A DNA stretch of 41,420 nt from Bacteroidales bacterium (GTDB lineage Bacteria; Bacteroidota; Bacteroidia; Bacteroidales; WCHB1-69): contig JAQVNO010000002.1 of NCBI GenBank assembly GCA_028703095.1, positions 1-41,420 on the forward strand, read 5' to 3'. Each line of letters starts with the position of its first letter. The first letter of the stretch is position 1. Of the stretch, positions 18,263-28,562 are shown one piece after another. Made by a program: the position numbers and the translations under genes. The notes below the pieces were generated by a model. It searched no databases. It saw only the letters and a program-made list of their open reading frames with translations, and was not told where the DNA came from.

Positions 18263-18324
18263 CCCCACAACAGAAGTTTTTTGAAAAAAAATGTAAAATT
18301 TGCATTTAGTATTAATAAACTTAC

Positions 18325-18332
18325 TAATTTTG
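18325..18332 (+). promoter_or_regulatory. Candidate -7 box TAatTTTG (with -33 TTTG at 18299-18302) for the small ferredoxin gene
   Basis: ttactaattttgcagc read directly. A TTTG lies 22 nt upstream. The box is about 36 nt before the ferredoxin ATG. Confidence 0.4.
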
Positions 18333-18367
18333 CAGCATAATTATTTAAACAATTAAATATAAAAATC

Positions 18368-18538
18368 ATGGCATATAAAATTGATCCAGAATTATGTTCA
18401 GCATGTGGAACATGTATGAGTGAGTGTCCGGTAGGTGCTATCTCTGAAGGAGATGTGTATTCAATCAATCCGGATGAATGTATAGACTGTGGTGCTTGCG
18501 CAGACGTTTGTCCTGTAGAAGCTATTCACCCGGAATAA
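18368..18538 (+). CDS. 2x[4Fe-4S] ferredoxin, 56 aa (below the ORF-track length cutoff)
   Basis: Manual translation gives MAYKIDPELCSACGTCMSECPVGAISEGDVYSINPDECIDCGACADVCPVEAIHPE, with two canonical CxxCxxCxxxCP motifs. Flanked by a promoter box and a strong terminator. Start coordinate +/-1 nt. Confidence 0.85.
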   Translation: MAYKIDPELCSACGTCMSECPVGAISEGDVYSINPDECIDCGACADVCPVEAIHPE

Positions 18539-18559
18539 AACAACTCATAAAAGCACGAA

Positions 18560-18587
18560 AGAGGTAAACATTTTACCTCTTTTTTTA
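18560..18587 (+). terminator. Rho-independent terminator after the ferredoxin gene
   Basis: 9-bp stem agaggtaaa / tttacctct with a 3-nt loop, followed by T6-7. Confidence 0.65.
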
Positions 18588-18741
18588 TTTTATATCAAAA
18601 TCGTGTGTGTGTTTTCTGTAAAAACGAATTTAAAAAAAGATATATTAATAAGACTTTTATATCATTTTTTTGTTTATTTTCGTAAACAAGTAGTTTGAAC
18701 GCTATTAGGTTGATAATTAAAAATTTAGTATTTTAAAAAAG

Positions 18742-21279
18742 ATGCAAACAAGAGAAAGAATAGTTCCGGTAAATATAGAGAAACAAATGAAAGCAGCCTA
18801 TATTGATTATTCAATGTCGGTGATAGTTTCAAGGGCTTTGCCGGATGTAAGAGATGGGTTTAAACCGGTGCACAGACGTATTATGTATGCTATGTGGGAT
18901 ACCAAAATATTATCCAGTAGCTCTACTAAGAAATCTGCAAGAATTGTTGGGGAAGTTCTTGGTAAGTATCATCCTCATGGTGATACTGCCGTTTACGATG
19001 CCATGGTGCGAATGGCCCAAGAATGGTCATTGCGTTATCCTTTGGTGGATGGACAGGGTAATTTCGGATCTATTGACGGCGACGGACCGGCAGCAATGCG
19101 TTATACCGAAGCTCGTATGAAAAAAATAGCAGAAGAAATGCTTGTTGATATAGACAAGGAAACTGTTGAATTTCAACTTAATTTTGATGATTCCTTGGAA
19201 GAACCAACGGTACTGCCGGCTAAAATTCCAAATCTTTTATTAAACGGTTCTTCCGGAATAGCTGTCGGGATGGCTACCAATATGCCTCCTCATAATCTAA
19301 ATGAAGTAGTAGATGGGATCATTGCTTTTATTGATAATAAAGAAATTACAATAGATGGGTTGATGGATTATATCAAAGCTCCTGATTTTCCTACAGGCTG
19401 TACCATTTATGGCTATGATGGAGTAAGAGATGCATTTCATACCGGAAGAGGGCGTATAATGATGCGCGGAGACATCATGACAGAAATGGTGGAGCATTCG
19501 CATGGTAAAGAAAGAATTATCATTCAAAATATACCTTATCAGGTAAATAAATCGGAAATGGTGCGTAAAATTGCCGATTTGGTGAAAGAAGGGAAAATTG
19601 AAGGTATAGCCGAAATCAGAGATGAATCAAAAAAAGAAATCCGCATTGTTTTAGAACTTAAAAGAGATGCAGTAACTAGTGTGGTTATTAATAAACTGTA
19701 TCAATTTTCACCATTGCAAACCTCTTTTAGCGTAAATAATGTCGCCCTAGTAAATGGTCGACCAATGACTTTGAATTTGAAAGAGTTGATACATTATTTT
19801 GTGGAGCATCGTCACGAAGTAGTCATTCGTCGTTCAAAATATGATTTACGTAAAGCACAAGAAAGAGCACATATCTTAGAAGGCTTATTGAAAGCATTAG
19901 ATATCATTGATGAGATTATTGAATTAATAAGAGCATCTAAAACCGTAGATGAAGCAAGACAAGGTCTTATTGATAAATGGGCTTTTTCGGAATTACAAGC
20001 AGCCGCTATTGTTGAAATGCGGTTACGTCAATTGGTAGGTCTCGAAAGAGAAAAGCTACAGAAAGAATATAACGAATTACAAGAAAAAATCGATTATCTG
20101 ACACGGCTGTTAGCAAGTGAAGAAATGAGAATGCAAATCATCAAGGAAGAATTGTTGGAAATAAAAGAAAAATATGGTGATGAAGCCAGAAGTAAAATAG
20201 AATATACTGCCAGTGATTTCAGAATTGAAGATACAATTTCGGATGAAGATGTAATTATTACTATTTCACATTTGGGTTATATAAAGCGGACAAGTTTAAG
20301 AGAATATAAAGTTCAAAACAGAGGAGGAAAAGGGTCCAGAGGTTCCGATGCCCGCGATACAGATTTTATAGAACATTTATATACGGCAACGAATCATAAT
20401 TATTTATTATTTTTTACTGAAAAAGGAAAATGCTTCTGGTTGCGTGTGTTCGAAATTCCGGAAGGCTCTAAGGTTTCTAAAGGACGCGCAATTCAAAATC
20501 TAATCAGCATAAGTCCGGATGATAAAGTCAAAGCTGTTATCAATGTAAAAAATCTCTCGGATGAAGAATATGTTAATAAAAATTATATCATTTTATGCAC
20601 AGAAAAGGGTATTATTAAAAAAACATCCCTCAAAGCGTATTCTCGCCCACGGCAAAACGGTATAAATGCAATTACTATTCGTGAAGGCGATATTTTATTG
20701 GAAGCTAAACTAACTGATGGATATTCCGTAGTGCTTATGGCTTTATATTCAGGCAAAGCCATTCGTTTCAATGAAAAAACAGTACGTCCGATGGGTCGTA
20801 ATGCTTCCGGAGTGAAAGGTATTACTTTGGCTAATAGTGCAGATAAAGTTGTTGGCATGATTTGTGTAAATCAGAAAGCAGATAATGTTGATGATATCTT
20901 GGTAGTTTCCGAGAATGGTTTTGGAAAACGCTCTTCATTAGAAGATTATAGAGAAACTAATAGAGGAGGAAAAGGAGTGAAAACAATTAATATTACGGAT
21001 AAAACAGGTCAATTAATAGCGATTAAAAACGTTAACGATACAGAAGACTTGATGATTATTAATCGTAGTGGGATTATAATTCGTTTGAAAGTTGGAGATT
21101 TACGTGTAATTGGTAGAGCGACTCAAGGAGTTCGATTAATAAATTTAAAAGAGGATGATGTTATTGCAGCAGTTACTCAAGTGCCGTCTGAAGAAAATGA
21201 AGATGACGCAGAAGTTTTAACTACAGAACAAGAAATCATAGCTGAAGATGAAGACAATGCAATCAACTCAGGAAATTAA
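18742..21279 (+). CDS. gyrA: DNA gyrase subunit A
   Basis: [27 protein letters not shown], the QRDR block [10 protein letters not shown] and active-site [11 protein letters not shown]-terminal beta-pinwheel repeats and an acidic tail. Confidence 0.98.
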   Translation: MQTRERIVPVNIEKQMKAAYIDYSMSVIVSRALPDVRDGFKPVHRRIMYAMWDTKILSSSSTKKSARIVGEVLGKYHPHGDTAVYDAMVRMAQEWSLRYPLVDGQGNFGSIDGDGPAAMRYTEARMKKIAEEMLVDIDKETVEFQLNFDDSLEEPTVLPAKIPNLLLNGSSGIAVGMATNMPPHNLNEVVDGIIAFIDNKEITIDGLMDYIKAPDFPTGCTIYGYDGVRDAFHTGRGRIMMRGDIMTEMVEHSHGKERIIIQNIPYQVNKSEMVRKIADLVKEGKIEGIAEIRDESKKEIRIVLELKRDAVTSVVINKLYQFSPLQTSFSVNNVALVNGRPMTLNLKELIHYFVEHRHEVVIRRSKYDLRKAQERAHILEGLLKALDIIDEIIELIRASKTVDEARQGLIDKWAFSELQAAAIVEMRLRQLVGLEREKLQKEYNELQEKIDYLTRLLASEEMRMQIIKEELLEIKEKYGDEARSKIEYTASDFRIEDTISDEDVIITISHLGYIKRTSLREYKVQNRGGKGSRGSDARDTDFIEHLYTATNHNYLLFFTEKGKCFWLRVFEIPEGSKVSKGRAIQNLISISPDDKVKAVINVKNLSDEEYVNKNYIILCTEKGIIKKTSLKAYSRPRQNGINAITIREGDILLEAKLTDGYSVVLMALYSGKAIRFNEKTVRPMGRNASGVKGITLANSADKVVGMICVNQKADNVDDILVVSENGFGKRSSLEDYRETNRGGKGVKTINITDKTGQLIAIKNVNDTEDLMIINRSGIIIRLKVGDLRVIGRATQGVRLINLKEDDVIAAVTQVPSEENEDDAEVLTTEQEIIAEDEDNAINSGN

Positions 21280-21324
21280 ATTAGAAACAAAAAAATTAAT
21301 TAATTACATTATAAATATTTACAT

Positions 21325-22503
21325 ATGAAAAAGTCTGTTTTAATAATCGTATTAGTAACGATATTTGGTATGGGTTATGCTCAGGTTAGAGAGCTGAGAA
21401 ATGCATACAATCATTATATAAATCAATATTGGGATAGAGCAAAATCAGCCATAGATAAAGCTGCAGAAAATGATGAGACAAAAAATGATGCAAAAACATG
21501 GCTCTATCGTGGAAATATATATTTGCAATTAGGGTATGCACAAATGAATCCGAAGAAAAAAGAATATCATGGGCTTTGCACAAATTGCGGGGAAATAGCG
21601 TATGATTCATATATGAAAGCATTGCAAATAGATAGAAAAGTTGAAGAACCTAGTATGGGAATAGCAGATCCTTTAAATGGTTTGACATTTTGTACAGATT
21701 TACTCTATAATGAGGCTGTGAAGCAGTTGCAAATCGATTCTATTGACCAGGCATTCGTAATAGCTGAAAAAGCCTATAATAGCAATAAAAATAATGAAGG
21801 GGCTATGTACATTTATGCCCTTACAGCAGAATATGCTAATAAAAAGGATATTGCAAAAGCTCGTTACAATGACATGATTAAAAGAAAAACAAAAATGGAC
21901 GAACCTTATATTAAGTTAGCAGCTATTTATCAAGAAGAAAACGATACATTAAATGCTATACGTGTCGTAAATCAACGTCCCGAGGATGATACTATCAATG
22001 TAAGTTTCGTTATTAATAAATCTGTGATTTTAATGTGGGCGGGACAAATCGATGAAGCTACCGAAGTGATGAATAAAGCTTTAGAGAAAGATTCAAACAA
22101 TCATTTGTTGTTGTTTGGATTAGGATCTGCTTTCCTCAATCAAAAGAAATACGATGAAGCTGAGAAGTATTTAATGAAAGCTTTACAAGTAAAACCCGAT
22201 GATATCAATACTATTTATAATTTAGGGAATAATTATTACAACCATTATGCGGATATTTATAATGCAATGGATAAAATAGATTATAATGATGTTGCTGCTT
22301 ATGAAAAAGCGCAAAAAGAATCTCAGGTTTTATTACGAAAAGCACTACCTCTATTAGAAAAAGCATACGAACTTGACCCTGAAGATAAAAATACACTTAT
22401 TATGTTGAAAAATATTTATCCGCGAATTGAAAAAACCGAAGAAGAAGTTGAATCTTTTGCATTAAAATTAAAGGAGATAAATGCAAAGTTAGAAAATAAG
22501 TAA
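21325..22503 (+). CDS. Secreted TPR-repeat protein
   Basis: Signal peptide MKKSVLIIVLVTIFGMGYAQ. Repeated 34-aa A/Y/L-pattern helices (e.g. EAEKYLMKALQVKPDDINTIYNLGNNYY). Confidence 0.8.
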   Translation: MKKSVLIIVLVTIFGMGYAQVRELRNAYNHYINQYWDRAKSAIDKAAENDETKNDAKTWLYRGNIYLQLGYAQMNPKKKEYHGLCTNCGEIAYDSYMKALQIDRKVEEPSMGIADPLNGLTFCTDLLYNEAVKQLQIDSIDQAFVIAEKAYNSNKNNEGAMYIYALTAEYANKKDIAKARYNDMIKRKTKMDEPYIKLAAIYQEENDTLNAIRVVNQRPEDDTINVSFVINKSVILMWAGQIDEATEVMNKALEKDSNNHLLLFGLGSAFLNQKKYDEAEKYLMKALQVKPDDINTIYNLGNNYYNHYADIYNAMDKIDYNDVAAYEKAQKESQVLLRKALPLLEKAYELDPEDKNTLIMLKNIYPRIEKTEEEVESFALKLKEINAKLENK

Positions 22504-22523
22504 TATTTACGATATCAAGAGAT

Positions 22524-22563
22524 AAATACACTTATATGTTAATACGATAAGTGTATTTTTTTA
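22524..22563 (+). terminator. Rho-independent terminator after the TPR gene
   Basis: 11-bp stem aaatacactta / taagtgtattt followed by a T-run. It overlaps the extended (non-ATG) start of the next ORF in the track, which argues for the downstream ATG. Confidence 0.6.
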
Positions 22564-22571
22564 TAATATTA

Positions 22572-23147
22572 ATGAAAACGATTAGCACACTTTGTTTATG
22601 TTTTTCTTTGTTTTTTTTACATCCCGTAACATTGGCGCAAACGGATTATGAAAAAAAAAATAATATTAAAATAACGCTTTTATCGTTGATGAGTGGATCG
22701 ACGAAAATTACCTATGAAAGAAAAGTTTTACCCAAACAAAGTATAGAAATTACCGGAGGAATTATAGGTTTAGGTTTTGATTTTCTAAATCACAATCAAT
22801 CAAAAGGAGTATTAGGTCGTTTTGCGTATAAGTTTATTTTTCCTGTAAAAAATCATTACCCATTAGATGGGTGGTATGTAAAACCTGAATTAGCTTTTTC
22901 TGCATATACCTATAATCATATAACGGGAGAAATGGACGTAGAACGGCTTGCAGTCAGTCGATTGGCTATGATGGGGGTAGGTGGGTATCAGATGGTTAAA
23001 ATGTGGTTTGTCTTTGATATATTTGCGGGTTTTGGACTAGGAATAGGAAATGCCAATTTATGTAATTATCACCATGGGTTTATTGGTTTAAATTCTGAAT
23101 CACTTTTAACACTCACAGCGGGTTTTAAAATTGGTGTTGCTTTTTAA
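22572..23147 (+). CDS. Small outer-membrane beta-barrel protein (hypothetical)
   Basis: The ATG at 22572 gives signal peptide MKTISTLCLCFSLFFLHPVTLAQ. Gly/aromatic alternating strands and C-terminal ...FKIGVAF. Confidence 0.65.
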   Translation: MKTISTLCLCFSLFFLHPVTLAQTDYEKKNNIKITLLSLMSGSTKITYERKVLPKQSIEITGGIIGLGFDFLNHNQSKGVLGRFAYKFIFPVKNHYPLDGWYVKPELAFSAYTYNHITGEMDVERLAVSRLAMMGVGGYQMVKMWFVFDIFAGFGLGIGNANLCNYHHGFIGLNSESLLTLTAGFKIGVAF

Positions 23148-23185
23148 TTTTCGAAAGAAAGATTGAAGAGAAAAATTATTAAATA

Positions 23186-23944
23186 TTAATAATTTATGTT
23201 ACGAATTCTTTGTAAATACATTTGAATGGTATTTTCTAAGCCGTAATACAAGGCATCACAAATAAGGGCATGGCCAATAGAAACTTCTTTTATATGTGGA
23301 ATATGATGGATGAAATACGATAAGTTTTCAAGATTCAAATCATGGCCTGCGTTTATTTCTAATCCTACTTCCGATGCTTTATTGGCAGCAGATATAAAAT
23401 CTTTGATGGCACTTTCCGGATTTTTGGGATATTGATTTGCATATGATTCTGTATAGAGTTCTATGCGTTTGGTTCCGCATTTAACGGCATTTTCAATAAT
23501 TTTAAGGTTTGCCTCAACAAAAATAGAAGTACGAACACCGACACGATTGAATTCCCCCACTACTTCTTTCAAAAAAGATGCATGTTTGAAAGTATCCCAT
23601 CCGGCATTGGAAGTAATGGCGTCGGGAGGATCGGGTACTAAGGTTACTTGATCGGGTTTGACTTTTAATACCAATTCAATAAACGCAGGAGAAGGGTAAC
23701 CTTCAATATTAAATTCAGTAGTAACAATCGATTTTAAATCATAAACATCTTGATATCGAATATGACGTTGATCGGGTCGTGGATGAACAGTAATTCCTTG
23801 TGCGCCAAATCTTTCACAATCTTTTGCTACTTCTGTAACGTTGGGTAGATTATGACCGCGAGCATTACGTAAAGTAGCTATTTTGTTGATATTTACACTT
23901 AATCTACATATTTGATTCATAGTTAAATAGTCTTTATTATTCAA
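23186..23944 (-). CDS. pdxJ: Pyridoxine 5'-phosphate synthase
   Basis: LSVNINKIATLRNARG, GITVHPRPDQRHI, ELYTESYA and EVSIGHALI blocks. An alternative ATG at 23920 would remove the 8-nt overlap with the upstream gene. Confidence 0.92.
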   Translation of the reverse strand: MNNKDYLTMNQICRLSVNINKIATLRNARGHNLPNVTEVAKDCERFGAQGITVHPRPDQRHIRYQDVYDLKSIVTTEFNIEGYPSPAFIELVLKVKPDQVTLVPDPPDAITSNAGWDTFKHASFLKEVVGEFNRVGVRTSIFVEANLKIIENAVKCGTKRIELYTESYANQYPKNPESAIKDFISAANKASEVGLEINAGHDLNLENLSYFIHHIPHIKEVSIGHALICDALYYGLENTIQMYLQRIRNINY

Positions 23945-24662
23945 ATAAAAAGGAAAGATGAAATATTTTAGAATTTAAGTGGTCAATGCTATTTGTGTAT
24001 AAATTGTCTTCATTTTTAAGAAGATTAAGCATTCCGTATGACATTTTAAATTCAATGGCAAATTTAAACATATTCATATACATATCTATACCTGCCCCTA
24101 CTTGAGTTTGTAAATCATGACGCAATAATTTCAACTGAGTAATATTTGAATTTTGTGATTGCTTTTTAGCTTGAGAGGCAAGGTCTAAACTATATTGTGC
24201 TCCTCCTATTACATAAAAACGTACGTTTTGCATACGTATGGATTTGAATTTTAGTAATAAAGGAAAATCTAAGCTAACAGATTCAATTTTTTTATTAACT
24301 TTGTAAATATTTTGGTTGTCGTATCTGATGTTATAAGTTACAATTCTGTCGAGCAAGGATATTTCAGGGATAAAACGAAGATTAAAATGTTTTCCAAGGT
24401 GTAAATCTGAAACTATACCGATATTAAAACCACTCATGGGAGTTGTTTCTATAATCATTAATGAGTCAAATTCGTTTAGATTTGTTTTGGGTTTAATGGC
24501 AAAATTTGCCATGTTATAGCCAAGCATGAATCCGAAATGGAATTTTTTCTTATCGTAATATACTAAATTAGGAGCCTTTTGAGGCCTTCGTTGTGCGTGT
24601 AAAAGCGAAGTATGAGCCCCTCCAAAAAATATGACGATAAATAAAACAATAATTCTTTTCAA
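23937..24662 (-). CDS. Outer-membrane beta-barrel protein, PorT/SprT-like (tentative)
   Basis: Signal peptide (M)KRIIVLFIVIFFGGAHTSLLHAQ from an apparent TTG start. YDKKKFHFGFMLGYN block, LDFPLLLKFKS...YVIGGAQYSLDL and terminal ...LSFLFE. Confidence 0.65.
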   Translation of the reverse strand: MKRIIVLFIVIFFGGAHTSLLHAQRRPQKAPNLVYYDKKKFHFGFMLGYNMANFAIKPKTNLNEFDSLMIIETTPMSGFNIGIVSDLHLGKHFNLRFIPEISLLDRIVTYNIRYDNQNIYKVNKKIESVSLDFPLLLKFKSIRMQNVRFYVIGGAQYSLDLASQAKKQSQNSNITQLKLLRHDLQTQVGAGIDMYMNMFKFAIEFKMSYGMLNLLKNEDNLYTNSIDHLNSKIFHLSFLFE

Positions 24663-24730
24663 CGGAAAATATTTAGTGTTAAAATTAACGTTTGTTTATC
24701 TGGTTTATTATTTTAGAATATTTTTTGACA

Positions 24731-24760
24731 TAAAAAAACCATATCTAATGATATGGTTTT
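24731..24760 (-). terminator. Rho-independent terminator downstream of tRNA-fMet
   Basis: 10-bp perfect stem aaaccatatc / gatatggttt with a 4-nt loop. On the minus strand a T7 run follows it. Confidence 0.65.
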
Positions 24761-24764
24761 ATGT

Positions 24765-24836
<72 letters not shown>

Positions 24837-24866
24837 TATAAATATAGCTTTTCAGAAATATTGATG

Positions 24867-24874
24867 CAAAAGTA
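24867..24874 (-). promoter_or_regulatory. Candidate -7 promoter box (TActTTTG on minus strand) for tRNA-fMet
   Basis: Plus-strand caaaagta, about 30-38 nt upstream of the tRNA 5' end. Confidence 0.4.
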
Positions 24875-25048
24875 GACATATTTTAATAATAAATCAACTT
24901 ATTTTGATAATTATTTATTTACACAGATAATCAATGCGATATGTGTGTTTAATTGAACTTATAACTCGATATAAAAAAGAATTTATTATATTAATTGTTT
25001 GTTTTTGGAATATAAATCTTTATATTTTTGACTTTTATACATAAAAAA

Positions 25049-25687
25049 CTATTTACTCCCTATAAAACTATATGCGTTTGAATGATTCCCATTCATAGTC
25101 GGGAAAGTGAAAGTGTGAAAGAAAAGTGGGGAGAAAACGTCAATGCATTTATTCGTCCATTCTAAACTATGATGCCTTAAAATCAAACCTTCGGCGAGTT
25201 CGAAAATTCCGTATAGTTTATATTTTTTATAAAATAATTCGTAACGCTTTCGATTTCTTTCATCTGTATTTAGTAAAAAGTCATTGATATAGATAATTCC
25301 TCCGGGCTTTAGCACACGTTTAATTTCTTTTATCAAATGTAATTGGTTGGTGTTTTGCGAAATGCATGTTAATACAGCGAATAATAAAACCGCATCAAAT
25401 GTATTGTCAGGGAAATTAATGTTTTTATTTACTTGAACTTCCAAATTCAAAAATGGATATTGACTTTTGGCACGTTCTATCATTTTTTCTGAAAAATCTA
25501 TACCATACAATCGGCTAAATCCATTTAGATGAAGTTCGTTAAGGCTACGTCCATACCCACACCCTACATCTAAAACAGTAGCATCTTTTTGAATGTATTT
25601 GTTGACTAAATCCATTTGCAAGGGTGTTGTAAAGCTTTTTTTATAAGCTAGCTCATTCCAAATATTTTTTTGATTTATGTTTTTCAT
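25049..25687 (-). CDS. Class I SAM-dependent methyltransferase
   Basis: Motif I VLDVGCGYGR, post-I acidic residue (YGIDFS) and motif II/III region (FDAVLLF, LKPGGIIYIND). Confidence 0.85.
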   Translation of the reverse strand: MKNINQKNIWNELAYKKSFTTPLQMDLVNKYIQKDATVLDVGCGYGRSLNELHLNGFSRLYGIDFSEKMIERAKSQYPFLNLEVQVNKNINFPDNTFDAVLLFAVLTCISQNTNQLHLIKEIKRVLKPGGIIYINDFLLNTDERNRKRYELFYKKYKLYGIFELAEGLILRHHSLEWTNKCIDVFSPLFFHTFTFPTMNGNHSNAYSFIGSK

Positions 25688-25734
25688 ATACTAAAAAAAC
25701 AATTGGAAAGAAAAAATGTTTTAATGTCGTGGCT

Positions 25735-27813
25735 TTATCTTATGCTGCATTTAATACCTCCTTTGAGCCATATGCCGGCTTGTGCCAAATCACCAAAATC
25801 ATAATAGTTTTGATTTAAGATATTAGAAGCTTCTATATAAAAAGTAAAATAATGATAGGTATATTGTAATCTTATATCTAACAAATAATACGCCGGATAA
25901 TTTTTCAATTCGCTTGATAAAGTATGTTGATGGGAAATATATTGCCCTTTACGCTTATTGTAAGATAAGAGATAAGAAATTTTTAATTCTTTATAAATAG
26001 CATGATACAATTTCATTGATAATTGGTGTTCGAGATGGTCCAGTGTATAGCGGGAGAGATAGTTCATATCTTCTTGTTTCTCAGAGTAGAGATACGTATA
26101 AGTAAGGCTGAATAATTCGATATATATATTTTTTTGAATATTTTGCGGCAATAGTTTGAATTTTGCCTCCATTCCCAAAAAAGAAATATTTGTATGATTA
26201 ATGGAATGCCAGGTATCTTCTTCTTGATGTCTAATGAAGTCGATTAAATGGAATCCTTTACGATAAAAAATAGCGGCATCGAAAATGAAATAAGGCTCTT
26301 TATTTAAGTAAGAAAGTTGCATTTCCCCACCTGTTTCAATGGTATAAGCTTCTTCGGGCTTGAGCAATGGATTCCCGATTATATTACCTGTTTTGTAATA
26401 AAGTTCGGTAAAAGTAGGGGGACGTACGCTATTTGATGTCGTTAGATAAATTTTGCTTCCTACTTTATGTATATCTGTCTTAAATTCTTTAAAATAATAG
26501 GAGATGTTCATAGCAGGCAGTAAATAATATCTTTTTTTTATGGAAGAAAAATGTTGTAGTAAGATTGAAAATTCGCTTGAAAAATTATTTTTAGTATAGT
26601 TATGTGAAGCAGAAAATCCCCAATTTGAACGAGTTAATGCATAAGTATAATAAATGTACGATATTTTTGTACGAATAGGTTTTTTGAGTAATGTTCCTAA
26701 CGTATTACTTTTAATGTCTTCTAATCGAAAATCAGCATGAAATGATGTCTTTCCTAAGCGGCTATAAAAAAAATGAAGTATATTTACTCCCAAAATTTGG
26801 TTAAAATGATAATTGTTCTTTTCAGGAGCCTGATCTTTGATTAATTCAAAACAATCTTTGTTAAAACGATAATAAACAGAGGGGAATAAGTTAATTTTTA
26901 TCTTGCTTTTGAATGTAACACTGGAAATAAATGTTTCTGTTTTTTCGTGTTGATGAGGATATTTTAAAGAATAAAAACCGTTAGCACCGTAGTCTTTCAT
27001 GATAAAACCATTTTGAAATTCAATACTTCCTTTTTTAAATTCACCTATGCTATGATAAAATGCTTGAACAATGGAAAAATCAGTATTTTCTATGTAGCCG
27101 TTTGAGTGACTTTTTTCGAAAGCAAAAAGATGTCTGAAGTTTTTAGTTTGTATAGTAGAATTGAAGTCAATTTTATACAGTCCGTACATTCCAGTCATAA
27201 AATGCACTTGGGTGTAATTTTTCGTAGCAGGTTCTGTGATAATGTTGATGAGTCCGGAGAATGCTGATGTGCCAAAAAGGAAGGCAGCTGTATTTTTATA
27301 TATTTCGATTTTTTGTATATAGTCAGGGCTAAGTGGTAAGTTGAGGGTATAATGTCCGGTTTGAGGATCGGTAAAATTAATGCCATTAAGTAGTACCAAT
27401 GTTTGGTCGAAACTTCCTCCCCTGTAACTTATATCGGCTTGAGTTCCTAGGGTTCCTCGCTGGCGGATGTCAAGGCTTTGAAACTGGTCAAGTAATTCGT
27501 TTAGCGATTGAACGGGCGATTGCTCAATCTCTTTTTTATTTACCGAAGTTTGTAAAAGAATGGATTGTATATTTTGGGTTTCAATGGGATTATCGGTGAC
27601 AATAATTACTTCATCTAAATCTAATATTTTGAGAATAGTATCGTTTGATTGAGCGTTGCTGTAAATAATGGTTAAAAAAGAGCAACCTATACTAATTACG
27701 GAGATATTAATAATTTTATGCAGACTATTAAAAACAGCGTATTTATGTCGCGTCCAACGTTTGAAATATATGGGTGTTTTATGAATGCAAATTTTGTCCA
27801 TAATAATTAACAT
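25735..27813 (-). CDS. TonB-dependent outer-membrane receptor (about 690 aa, BtuB/CirA-size class)
   Basis: TonB-box-like DEVIIV. Plug-domain blocks LNELLDQFQSLDIRQRG, ISYRGGSFDQTLVLLNGINFTDPQTG. A long Tyr/Asn-rich beta-barrel follows. Confidence 0.88.
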   Translation of the reverse strand: MLIIMDKICIHKTPIYFKRWTRHKYAVFNSLHKIINISVISIGCSFLTIIYSNAQSNDTILKILDLDEVIIVTDNPIETQNIQSILLQTSVNKKEIEQSPVQSLNELLDQFQSLDIRQRGTLGTQADISYRGGSFDQTLVLLNGINFTDPQTGHYTLNLPLSPDYIQKIEIYKNTAAFLFGTSAFSGLINIITEPATKNYTQVHFMTGMYGLYKIDFNSTIQTKNFRHLFAFEKSHSNGYIENTDFSIVQAFYHSIGEFKKGSIEFQNGFIMKDYGANGFYSLKYPHQHEKTETFISSVTFKSKIKINLFPSVYYRFNKDCFELIKDQAPEKNNYHFNQILGVNILHFFYSRLGKTSFHADFRLEDIKSNTLGTLLKKPIRTKISYIYYTYALTRSNWGFSASHNYTKNNFSSEFSILLQHFSSIKKRYYLLPAMNISYYFKEFKTDIHKVGSKIYLTTSNSVRPPTFTELYYKTGNIIGNPLLKPEEAYTIETGGEMQLSYLNKEPYFIFDAAIFYRKGFHLIDFIRHQEEDTWHSINHTNISFLGMEAKFKLLPQNIQKNIYIELFSLTYTYLYSEKQEDMNYLSRYTLDHLEHQLSMKLYHAIYKELKISYLLSYNKRKGQYISHQHTLSSELKNYPAYYLLDIRLQYTYHYFTFYIEASNILNQNYYDFGDLAQAGIWLKGGIKCSIR

Positions 27814-27821
27814 CTAGCGTA

Positions 27822-28562
27822 TTATAGTTCAAAATTCTTTTTCTTGTATGATTTCTCAAAAGATTTTGTTTCTGAAATCAAGGGATTAATATCATACGCA
27901 TCATCGACGGAAAAACTACCTATGTGGGTTCTGTGAAGGGCTTTGATATATGCACCACAGCCTAAAAGTTCTCCCAAATCGCGGGCAAGGGAACGGATAT
28001 ATGTTCCTTTACTACAGCATATATTAACTTCTACATCGGGAGGATTAAAACAAAGGATATCGAAAGAAAAGACAGTGATTTCTTTAGGTGTAAGTTGAAT
28101 TTCTCTGTCTTTGCGGGCATATTCAAAAGCAGATTTTCCCTGTACTTTGATGGCTGAATATATAGGGGGAATTTGAAGCAAAGCGCCGGTTAATTGCTTA
28201 CATGTTTTTTCGATGTCTTCGAGCCGGATATTTTCGTACGAGCGAAAATTTTCTGGAGGATGCTCCAAGTCATAACTTCGAGTAACAGCGCCTAAGGTGA
28301 AGGTGGCTGTATAACGTTTGTTGAGGTTTTGAAAATCGTTTATTTTTTTTGTTAAATTTCCCACACAAACAATAAGCAAACCGCTAGCCAAAGGGTCTAA
28401 GGTTCCCGCATGTCCGATTTTAAATTTTTTTTGCGGGGTGTATTTACGAATTTCGTATTTTAATTTATTGATTACATCAAATGATGTCCATCGAAGTGGT
28501 TTGTTAATAAGTAATAAAGAACCTTCTTCTATTTTAATATTCTGAAGAACTGATACAATCAT
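27822..28562 (-). CDS. truB: tRNA pseudouridine(55) synthase
   Basis: KPLRWTSFDV, catalytic-Asp block GHAGTLDPLASGLL, PPIYSAIKV and GTYIRSLARDLG. Confidence 0.93.
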   Translation of the reverse strand: MIVSVLQNIKIEEGSLLLINKPLRWTSFDVINKLKYEIRKYTPQKKFKIGHAGTLDPLASGLLIVCVGNLTKKINDFQNLNKRYTATFTLGAVTRSYDLEHPPENFRSYENIRLEDIEKTCKQLTGALLQIPPIYSAIKVQGKSAFEYARKDREIQLTPKEITVFSFDILCFNPPDVEVNICCSKGTYIRSLARDLGELLGCGAYIKALHRTHIGSFSVDDAYDINPLISETKSFEKSYKKKNFEL

